The position numbers and the translations under genes are program-made. Positions 47,292 to 55,050 of a DNA stretch of 55,050 nt are shown piece by piece. The DNA lies in the NCBI GenBank assembly GCA_964543655.1, contig CAZIZE010000102.1, positions 1 through 55,050 on the forward strand, written 5' to 3'. Each line of letters starts with the position of its first letter. Positions within the stretch are counted from its first letter, which is position 1. The notes under the pieces were generated by a model. It had not been told where the DNA came from, did not search any database, and saw only the letters and a list, made by a program, of their open reading frames with translations. This stretch comes from an uncultured bacterium (GTDB lineage Bacteria > DYJV01).

Positions 47292-50200
47292 ATGTCAGGA
47301 AACAGTAAAAAAATTACAAGACGTAAGTTTTTAGGCTCAGTTGCTGGTGGATTAGCAGGACTTACCACATTACCTCTTATTGCAAAAGATCTTAAAATGG
47401 GTAAGTTTGTTGGAGGGAAATTGCATAAGGTTAGCGAGGATAAGCTGAGAAAAGTTTTTGACTATGACAAAGTTATTAGAAGTGTTTGTTCCGCAAATTG
47501 TACTCAGGCATGTGGTTGGAATGCTTTTGTAAAGGGAGACAAGTATATTGTAGAGATTACTCCTGCTGCAGACTATGATACTTATGATAAAGTTATGGGT
47601 AAGTACTATAATCCAAGAGGATGTTTGAGAGGAGCAAGTTATCTCAGGTATGTTTATGGAGATATGAGATTGAAACATCCATTGATCAGAGTGGGAAAAA
47701 GAGGTGAAGGGAAGTTCAGAAGAGCTACTTGGGAAGAGGCAATAGACTTAATATCTAAAAAATTTACTGATATTGCAAGAAAACATGGTTCAGATGAGAT
47801 TGTATTTTTCTCTGCAATACCAGCTTATAGTTATGTTTCTGCAGGAGCAGGATACAGACTTTGCAAAATTATGGGAGCAAGTGGTCCTCTTAGTTTTTAT
47901 GACTGGTACTGTGATTTGCCTCCAGGTGAACCTATGACATGGAGTGTGCAGACTGAAGAAAGCGAAGAAGCTGATTGGAAAAATGCAAAGCTACTGATTT
48001 TCTGGGGTGCCAATGTTGCTGAATCACGTCTTGCAGCAGCCCATTTATTGCAAGAGGCAAAATATAGAGGCACAAAAGTTTATACTATTATGACAGATTA
48101 TAATGCTACTGCAAGAATGGGAGATGTTTTTATTTCTCCAAAACCTGGCACTGATGCTGCTTTTGTAAATGGAGTTATTAATTATCTTATATCAAATCAC
48201 AGTTTTGATCATGATTATGTAAAAACTTTTACAGATCTACCTTTTATTATAAGAAAAGACAATGGAAAATTCTTAACTGAAGCTGATGTAAAGTCTGGAG
48301 GCAATGCATTTAAACTGTTTGTTTTTGATAATAATTCTAATAAGTTTGTTATGCCTCCTGGAACTCTCGGAGACAACAGAGATACTCTTGATTTGAAAAA
48401 ATATAATATAGATCCTTCTCTTTTTTATGAAGGAGAAGTTACTTTAAAAAATGGCAAAAAAGTAAAAGTTGAAACTGTTTTTAATAAGTTAAGAAAAGAA
48501 GTTTCAAAATTTACTCCTGGAAAAGTTTTTCAAATAACAGGTATTGGAGAGCAAACATTAAAACAATTTGCCCTTGATTTAGTTACTAAAAAACCAGCAA
48601 TGATTATTGGTGGTGGCGGAGTAAATCACTGGTTTAACAATGATATTAACAATCGTTCCATGATTCTTATGCTTGCACTTACTGGAAATGTAGGTAAAAC
48701 AGGCTCAGGATTTAGTCAATATACAGGTCAATATAAAGTATGGTTAAGTGGGCTTGGAAAATATGGAATGATACTTAAAGCAAGACCACAAAATGCTACC
48801 TTATTTGTATGGTCTCATTATGATGCAGAATTATATAAACTTGGTAAAACATATCCTGAATTAGTAAAAGATATAGAAACAGGTAAGTTGAAAAGGCTCC
48901 CAAATGGATTGCCTGTTAGCGCCAACAAAGAGGATGGTTGGGCATACAACTATTATTTACTTTTAAAATCCTTATCAAAAAAATGGATTCCTGTATATCC
49001 TAAGCCACCAAAGAGACCAAGAGCAATGATGATTTGGAGATCCAATTTTCTTAATCAAGGCAAGGGTGGATATAATACATTAAAATGGTTTGAAAATCCT
49101 GATAAGTTGGAATTTACTGTAACAATAGATTTTAGAATTAACTCAACAGCACTTTATTGCGATGTGGTGCTTCCTGCTGCAACCTGGTATGAAAAATTTG
49201 ATATAGAAACTACACCGATGCATGTTTACTTACAGGCATTTAACCCTGTTATTAAACCTTTATATGAATCTAAAACAGACTATGAAATTTTCAAATTAAT
49301 TGCAAAAGGCATACAAAATTATTCTCATAAATTAGTTGCAACAGGCAGGTGGGATGGAAAATGGAAAGATACAGAGAAAAAGCAAGTTATTGATTTTACT
49401 AAGGTATACAATGTGTTTACCGCAGGCGGCAAAATGGATACTGACGTTAAATCTGCAAAATTTATTTTGACTAAAAGCCCTATAATTTATCCTGATCCTG
49501 ATGAATATAGAATGAACAAAAAGAACTATGTGCCTGAACTTCAGAAAATAATAGAAAACAATCTGTTTAAAGGAGATGTAAAAGGATATATTGATGGCAT
49601 AGTAAAGTTGATTAGAAAAGCTCCTGTTCCATTTCCAGCTGCTCAGAGCAGAAGACCTCTTACACCATTTGTTGAAAATGTTGACAAAATGCTCCCATGG
49701 CCAGGAGGAGGAAAGCTTGCAAAAGAAAAAATTACAATTGGAGGTAAAGTAAAGGTTCCCAAATTTTTTGGTAAAAAATATCTTGGAATGATAGGGTCAA
49801 AAACATTAACAGGAAGACAACAGTTTTATATTGATCATTCATATTTTTTAGATTTAAATAATGAATTACCAATATATAAAGAGCCTGAATTTGATAGATT
49901 ACCAGATAAGAAAACCAAAGCACCTTTAAAATTAAATACACCACATGGTAGATGGGGAACTCATTCAACATTTAGAGATGTGGATATTCTTTTAAGACTC
50001 CAGAGAGGAGAGACAATTGCATTAATGAGCAAGGCAGATGCAATGAAAAGGGGAATAAAAGATGGAGATAAAATTAAAATATTCAATGAGTTTGGTGAAA
50101 TGATTTGTAGAGCAAAAGTTATGGCAGGAATAAAAGAAGGTGAAGTTAGAGTTGCAAATGGAGCTGAGATGTTCACCACAATTAAAGGATGGTTTAATGG

Positions 50201-50348
50201 TATTACTCCAATTAGACCTAAACCTACCCAATCAGTAAAATATCCTGAAGTTAAAGCACCATCTTATCACTTAAAATATGGATGGAATTTTTGGGGTGTT
50301 ACAGGTAATGAATGTGACACATCAGTTGAAATAAAAAAGATTATGTAA
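47292..50348 (+). CDS. Tat-exported type II DMSO-reductase-family molybdoenzyme alpha subunit (periplasmic NarG/PcrA-like)
   Basis: TRRKFL, CSANCTQAC...NPRGC, SFYDWYCDLPP, DVVLPAATWYEK, TLTGRQQFYIDH, TPHGRWGTHS. Confidence 0.93.
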   Translation: MSGNSKKITRRKFLGSVAGGLAGLTTLPLIAKDLKMGKFVGGKLHKVSEDKLRKVFDYDKVIRSVCSANCTQACGWNAFVKGDKYIVEITPAADYDTYDKVMGKYYNPRGCLRGASYLRYVYGDMRLKHPLIRVGKRGEGKFRRATWEEAIDLISKKFTDIARKHGSDEIVFFSAIPAYSYVSAGAGYRLCKIMGASGPLSFYDWYCDLPPGEPMTWSVQTEESEEADWKNAKLLIFWGANVAESRLAAAHLLQEAKYRGTKVYTIMTDYNATARMGDVFISPKPGTDAAFVNGVINYLISNHSFDHDYVKTFTDLPFIIRKDNGKFLTEADVKSGGNAFKLFVFDNNSNKFVMPPGTLGDNRDTLDLKKYNIDPSLFYEGEVTLKNGKKVKVETVFNKLRKEVSKFTPGKVFQITGIGEQTLKQFALDLVTKKPAMIIGGGGVNHWFNNDINNRSMILMLALTGNVGKTGSGFSQYTGQYKVWLSGLGKYGMILKARPQNATLFVWSHYDAELYKLGKTYPELVKDIETGKLKRLPNGLPVSANKEDGWAYNYYLLLKSLSKKWIPVYPKPPKRPRAMMIWRSNFLNQGKGGYNTLKWFENPDKLEFTVTIDFRINSTALYCDVVLPAATWYEKFDIETTPMHVYLQAFNPVIKPLYESKTDYEIFKLIAKGIQNYSHKLVATGRWDGKWKDTEKKQVIDFTKVYNVFTAGGKMDTDVKSAKFILTKSPIIYPDPDEYRMNKKNYVPELQKIIENNLFKGDVKGYIDGIVKLIRKAPVPFPAAQSRRPLTPFVENVDKMLPWPGGGKLAKEKITIGGKVKVPKFFGKKYLGMIGSKTLTGRQQFYIDHSYFLDLNNELPIYKEPEFDRLPDKKTKAPLKLNTPHGRWGTHSTFRDVDILLRLQRGETIALMSKADAMKRGIKDGDKIKIFNEFGEMICRAKVMAGIKEGEVRVANGAEMFTTIKGWFNGITPIRPKPTQSVKYPEVKAPSYHLKYGWNFWGVTGNECDTSVEIKKIM

Positions 50349-50371
50349 AATATTAATTTTAGGAGGTTATC

Positions 50372-51289
50372 ATGTATGGTATGGTGATAGATTTAAATAA
50401 ATGTCTTGGTTGTCAAGCATGCAGTATTGCATGTAAAATGTTATGGAGCAACAGAGACGGTGCGCAACATATGTGGTTTACCATTGTGGAAACTCGTCCA
50501 GGTCAGGGATATCCTTATAACTGGCTTGAGAAAACAAAGAAAAAAGCAGGTATGGATGATAAAGATTATGAAAATGTTCCTAAATTTGATTATAGTAAAC
50601 TTCATAATAATCCTGGAAAAGGATTGCCTAATATTGGGATAAATCTTAAAAATGGTCCCAATTACTATGAGGACATGGGTAGAGGTAAGAATGTTAATGA
50701 TGAATGGTTTTTTTATTTGCCAATGATATGTATGCATTGTGAGGATCCTGCATGTATGAAAGCATGTCCTGCAAAAGCAATATACAAAACCAGAGAAGGT
50801 TTTGTGCTTATTGATAGCGAAAAGTGTGAAGGTGCTGGAGAATGTATTGATGCATGTCCATACAAAAGAATATTTTTTAATAAAAATATGGATAAAGCTG
50901 AAAAATGCATATTTTGTTTTCCTCGTCTTGAAAAAGGCGAGCCCCCAGCTTGCGTTATTACATGTCCGGGAAAAGCAAGATTTTTTGGTAAATTAAATGA
51001 CAAAGACTCTCCTGTTTATAAACTTGTTAAAAAATATAAAGTTGCTGTTCCTCTGCTGTCAGAATTTAATACTAAACCTAAAGTTTTTTATATTCCTCCT
51101 GTTATGGTGGCTGAAAATAAAATTGATGATAAAGGGAACAGTTCTGGTGAAAGAATAGATTATACTTATCTTGAAGAACTTTTTGGAAAGAAAGTTAAAG
51201 AAATCAAAAAAATTCTTGATAATGAAAGAAATAAATCTCATTCTGAATTAATTGATGTATTAACAGGCTTTCCAACATGGAAGCTTTAA
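50372..51289 (+). CDS. Fe-S beta subunit (NarH/PcrB-like, 3x[4Fe-4S] + 1x[3Fe-4S])
   Basis: CLGCQACSIAC, CMHCEDPACMKACP, CEGAGECIDACP, CIFC...C...CP, WFFYLP. Confidence 0.93.
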   Translation: MYGMVIDLNKCLGCQACSIACKMLWSNRDGAQHMWFTIVETRPGQGYPYNWLEKTKKKAGMDDKDYENVPKFDYSKLHNNPGKGLPNIGINLKNGPNYYEDMGRGKNVNDEWFFYLPMICMHCEDPACMKACPAKAIYKTREGFVLIDSEKCEGAGECIDACPYKRIFFNKNMDKAEKCIFCFPRLEKGEPPACVITCPGKARFFGKLNDKDSPVYKLVKKYKVAVPLLSEFNTKPKVFYIPPVMVAENKIDDKGNSSGERIDYTYLEELFGKKVKEIKKILDNERNKSHSELIDVLTGFPTWKL

Positions 51290-51299
51290 ATTAATTTTG

Positions 51300-51327
51300 A
51301 AGGGCGTATCTATACGCCCTTTTTTTT
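51300..51327 (+). terminator. intrinsic terminator between the beta subunit and chaperone genes
   Basis: AAGGGCGTAT-ct-ATACGCCCTT followed by a T run. Confidence 0.9.
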
Positions 51328-51348
51328 ATAAAGCTTAAGGAGCTAACA

Positions 51349-51882
51349 ATGGAGGATAAAATTATTGGTTACAAACTTTTGTCAATGGCTATAAGTTATC
51401 CTGAAAAAGAAATAGCAGAAGCAATAGATACAGGTTGGTTATTCACAAATTTAAAAGAGGTTTTTAATAATTTAAATAATAAAAAGAATTTAAATTTAAT
51501 TGATAATCTTGAAGATGAATATACCTCTATTGAAGATCTTCAGGTAATTTATACATCTATTTTTGATTTAAAAATTCCACTTTATGAATCTCATTATGTT
51601 GTAAAAAGTGATAAACCTGAAGATAGAGCTAAATTTTTGCTTTTACTTGAAAAATTATATCTTGAAGAAGGAGTTGCCCTTGCAGACAGAGATATGCCAG
51701 ATTATCTTCCAACAGAACTTGAATTTGCTCATTATTTAAGTTCTGAAAAAAAACTTGAAAAATTGAAATATTTTGAAAATACTCATTTAAAAAATTGGCT
51801 CCCTGAATTAAATAAAAAGATTGAGAAAGAAGATATAAAATTTTATAAAAATATTCTTAAAATTATACAAAATTTTGTATAA
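51349..51882 (+). CDS. TorD/NarJ-family molybdoenzyme maturation chaperone
   Basis: YTSIFD, PLYESHY, MPDYLPTELEF, HLKNW. Confidence 0.88.
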   Translation: MEDKIIGYKLLSMAISYPEKEIAEAIDTGWLFTNLKEVFNNLNNKKNLNLIDNLEDEYTSIEDLQVIYTSIFDLKIPLYESHYVVKSDKPEDRAKFLLLLEKLYLEEGVALADRDMPDYLPTELEFAHYLSSEKKLEKLKYFENTHLKNWLPELNKKIEKEDIKFYKNILKIIQNFV

Positions 51883-51900
51883 ATTATTTTTGATTATAAT

Positions 51901-51929
51901 TTGACATTTTAAAAAAAATACTCTAAATT
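51901..51929 (+). promoter_or_regulatory. sigma70 promoter of the two-component operon, probably leaderless
   Basis: TTGACA-17 nt-TAAATT, with the ATG 7 nt downstream and no SD. Confidence 0.65.
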
Positions 51930-51935
51930 TTTTTT

Positions 51936-53525
51936 ATGCAAGCATTAAAAAATTTTTGTTTTTCCCTTAGTTTTAAATACCTGATTGGTATTATTACTGT
52001 TCTTTCAATTATTTTAGGTGGAATATTTTATATTTTTTTTAAACAAGAGAAAAAATTTTTATACGAAGAAGTTTATAAACAAGCTGAAATTTTAATTGAT
52101 CAAATAATCCTTACAAGAAAATGGGTTGCTGATGTAGGAGGCATTTATGTTTTAAAGAGAAAAGGATTATATATCAATCCATATTTGAATAAACCTTTTG
52201 TAAAATGTGGGGATAAAACTTTTTTAAAAAGAAATCCAGCAATGGTCACACGGGAGTTATCAAATTATGCTTTTAAAAATGGAAAATATTTTTTTAAATT
52301 ATCAAGTAATTTTCTAATTAATCCTGCTAATGCCCCTGATGAAACGGAAAGTTATGCATTAAGAGTTTTTGACAGAAAAAAAGCAAAAGAAATAGTTGAG
52401 GTAGAATTTTTAATGCATAAAAAATTTTACAGACTAATTAGACCTCTTTATATTAAAAAATCTTGTTTAACCTGTCATATGTATCAAGGATACAATATTG
52501 GAGAGTTAAGAGGTTGTATAAGTGTATTACTACCTTTAACTGATGTTGATAAAAAATTGTGTATCATGAAAAAATATTATTTTTTTTCATATTTAATTAT
52601 AATATTTTTTACAATTTTAATCATTTATCTTTTAAATTATTTTCTTGTTATTAAACCTGTGAATATTATTAAAGAAAACATAGAAAAATTTGAAAAAAAT
52701 TATTTAACTGATTTTAAAAAATCTTCAAGAAAAGATGAGATTGGGGATTTAAAAAATAAATTTTTTAATATGGCAAACATAATTAAAAATAATCATGAAA
52801 TAATGCAAAAAGAGATTGAAAAAGCTACTGAAGAATTAAAAAGAAAAGATAAATTAAAAACAGATTTTCTTGCTACAGTTTCTCATGAATTAAGAACTCC
52901 TCTCACTACAATACAAGGTGGAATTGAATATCTTTCCAAAGTGCTTACAAAAAAAGAAAATAAAGAATTTATTGAGATTATAGACAAAAATATTAAAAAT
53001 TTGATTTTAATGGTTAATAACCTTATAGATATAGCTCGCATTGAAATAGGCAAATTAGAGCTTGACTTAAAAGAGGAAAATCTTAAAGAAATTATTGAGG
53101 AAATTCTTATTTTTTTCAAAGGATATTCTGATGAAAAAAATATAAAATTTGAAAAAATAAATTTTGAAAAAGATTATTATGTTTATGTTGATAGAAAGAG
53201 AATTAATCAGGTGTTAATTAATATTTTGCATAATGCAATAAAATTTTCTCCAAGAGATGATAAAATAACTATATCAATTAATGAAACAGAAAATAATATT
53301 AAGTTATCAATTATAAACAATACTGAACATAAAATAGATGAAAAAAATATTTCAACTTTTTTCTTAAAATATAAACATCTTAAATCATCCAAAGAAAAAG
53401 GAAGCGGACTTGGCCTTGCAATTGCCAAAGGCATTATGCTTGCCCACAAAGGTAATATAACTGTTGAGTTAATTAATGAAAAAAAAGTAAAATTTACAAT
53501 TTTTTTTAATAAAAATTTTGCCTGA
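51936..53525 (+). CDS. sensor histidine kinase with a periplasmic heme c (DUF3365/Tll0287-like) domain
   Basis: NPAMVTRELS, NPANAPD, CLTCH, GELRG, HAMP DEIG, SHELRTPL, NAIKF, GSGLGL. Confidence 0.92.
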   Translation: MQALKNFCFSLSFKYLIGIITVLSIILGGIFYIFFKQEKKFLYEEVYKQAEILIDQIILTRKWVADVGGIYVLKRKGLYINPYLNKPFVKCGDKTFLKRNPAMVTRELSNYAFKNGKYFFKLSSNFLINPANAPDETESYALRVFDRKKAKEIVEVEFLMHKKFYRLIRPLYIKKSCLTCHMYQGYNIGELRGCISVLLPLTDVDKKLCIMKKYYFFSYLIIIFFTILIIYLLNYFLVIKPVNIIKENIEKFEKNYLTDFKKSSRKDEIGDLKNKFFNMANIIKNNHEIMQKEIEKATEELKRKDKLKTDFLATVSHELRTPLTTIQGGIEYLSKVLTKKENKEFIEIIDKNIKNLILMVNNLIDIARIEIGKLELDLKEENLKEIIEEILIFFKGYSDEKNIKFEKINFEKDYYVYVDRKRINQVLINILHNAIKFSPRDDKITISINETENNIKLSIINNTEHKIDEKNISTFFLKYKHLKSSKEKGSGLGLAIAKGIMLAHKGNITVELINEKKVKFTIFFNKNFA

Positions 53526-53539
53526 GAAAGAGGCGAAAA

Positions 53540-54226
53540 ATGGAAGAAAATAAAATCCTTGTTTTAATAATTGATGATGATGAAGATATACTTAAAGTTA
53601 TTTCAGCAAATTTAAAACTTGAAGGTTATGATATTATAACTGCGCAAACAGGAGTTGATGCTTATGATTTAATATCAGGTGCTGAGCCTGATATTATTAT
53701 TCTTGATCTTAATCTTCCTGATATGGATGGAATTCAATTATGCAATAAAATAAGAAAGGAAAATATTGATATTCCTGTAATTATGCTCACTGCAAGGGAT
53801 ACAGTTTCTGATAAAGTTTTGGGGCTTGAATGTGGTGCTGATGATTATATTGTGAAACCATTTAATTTTCTTGAGCTTGCAGCAAGGATAAAGAGCTGCT
53901 TGAGAAGATATAGTGATTCAAATATTGGTAAAAAAGGTAAAATAACATTAGATAGAGTTACAATTTATCCTGAAAAAAGAGAAGTGTATATTGATGATGT
54001 TGTTCCAGTAAATTTGACGAGAACTGAGTATAATCTTTTGCTATTTCTAATTAATAATAGAAACAAAGTTTGCTCAAGAAAAGAGATAAAGAATAATTTG
54101 TGGAAAGAGAAAGATATTTATAATTGGTCAAGAACAATTGATGTGCATATTAATCATTTAAGAAAAAAATTAGGTGACTTTATTAATATAGAAACTATTT
54201 CAGGTATTGGCTATATTTTAAAATAA
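53540..54226 (+). CDS. OmpR/PhoB family response regulator
   Basis: IIDDD, LDLNLPDMDG, GADDYIVKPF, LTRTEY, SRTIDVHINHLRKK. Confidence 0.95.
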   Translation: MEENKILVLIIDDDEDILKVISANLKLEGYDIITAQTGVDAYDLISGAEPDIIILDLNLPDMDGIQLCNKIRKENIDIPVIMLTARDTVSDKVLGLECGADDYIVKPFNFLELAARIKSCLRRYSDSNIGKKGKITLDRVTIYPEKREVYIDDVVPVNLTRTEYNLLLFLINNRNKVCSRKEIKNNLWKEKDIYNWSRTIDVHINHLRKKLGDFINIETISGIGYILK

Positions 54227-54254
54227 AAAAAGCAGGCCTTTTGGCCTGCTTTTT
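54225..54254. terminator. bidirectional intrinsic terminator
   Basis: AAAAAGCAGGCC-tttt-GGCCTGCTTTTT between convergent genes. Confidence 0.92.
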
Positions 54255-54261
54255 AAATATG

Positions 54262-55050
54262 TTAGAAATCAAGCTGTCTTCTATCTTCCATATCAAAGAG
54301 TTTTCTTTCAACCTGTCCAGCAATACCAAGTTTTTCTCTTTGCTTGTCAATGTGAGCAATCATTTTCTGTGCCATTTCATAAGGATCAGCAGCAAAATCC
54401 CATTTACCAAGACCCCATTCAGATTCAAGACCTTCCATAAGTAGTTTATGGAATTTAGTGCCTTCAATACTTGGGAAGGAAACACCAAAAATAGTGTAAA
54501 CTCCTGATGATACAAAATAGTGGCCAATTGATATAGCTTTTTCACTCATCCATTCTGGTGCAGCACCTGCTGCTGGTAAATCTGCAATTGATTCACCAAG
54601 TCCACCAATTCTAACCATCTCTGTAGCTGCAATTAAAATTCTTGAATTGTCAACACAAGAACCAACATTTAATACAGGTGGCATACCAACTGCTTCACAA
54701 ACTTCTTTCAATCCTGGACCACAGAGATCTTTAGCTGATGGATCCATAAGTCCTGCTTTAGCAAGAGAAATTGCAGAACAACCAGTTTGTAATACAAGTA
54801 CATCATTTTTAATAAGTTCTTTAACAAGCTCAACATGAACCCAGTCATGCTTAACTCTTGGATTGGTACAACCAACAACTCCTGCAACTCCTCTAATTCT
54901 TCCATTAATAATATTATCATTTAATGGTTGATATGTGCTTCTGAAACTACCACCAAGCATATAATTTACATATTCGTGAGAAATACCATGAATTCCAAGC
55001 TTTTTATTTTTAGGAATTTCAATTTTAGCTTTTCTACCATTTTTAAATCT
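54262..55050 (-). CDS. cooS: anaerobic Ni-Fe carbon monoxide dehydrogenase catalytic subunit, 3' part (runs off the window)
   Basis: GRIRGVAGVVGCTNP, TGC, GSCVDNSR, APEWMSEKA; frame stays open to the window end. Confidence 0.95.
   Translation of the reverse strand, partial: RFKNGRKAKIEIPKNKKLGIHGISHEYVNYMLGGSFRSTYQPLNDNIINGRIRGVAGVVGCTNPRVKHDWVHVELVKELIKNDVLVLQTGCSAISLAKAGLMDPSAKDLCGPGLKEVCEAVGMPPVLNVGSCVDNSRILIAATEMVRIGGLGESIADLPAAGAAPEWMSEKAISIGHYFVSSGVYTIFGVSFPSIEGTKFHKLLMEGLESEWGLGKWDFAADPYEMAQKMIAHIDKQREKLGIAGQVERKLFDMEDRRQLDF

Overview
Very AT-rich chromosomal segment of a Gram-negative anaerobe (lpxC, pal). The gene content (ahbD, ftsH-folP-cdaA-cdaR-glmM, sigma54-type lpxC promoter, cooS, multiheme cytochromes) suggests a Desulfobacterota-like lineage; this is an inference. 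Bases 1-33 kb are mostly housekeeping genes with a few orphan or secreted proteins. Bases 33-55 kb are accessory: an 11-12-heme cytochrome, a class III polyhydroxyalkanoate (PHA) cluster, tldD, an ~11.3-kb respiratory module and the 3' part of a CO dehydrogenase. The module is the strongest candidate for an undescribed system. A Rieske / b6-type cytochrome b / octaheme HAO-like operon is transcribed divergently from a Tat-exported NarG-like molybdoenzyme (alpha, beta, chaperone, no gamma subunit) and a heme-c sensor two-component system. Both divergent promoters carry matching 11-bp-period TTTACA arrays. Other notable signals are a probable ATT start codon for ftsH, a probable leaderless sensor-kinase mRNA, an AibB-like CoA-transferase homolog lacking the catalytic Glu, and tandem phasin-like paralogs. 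No rRNA, tRNA, CRISPR array or transposase was recognised. All calls come from reading motifs by eye; no searches were run.
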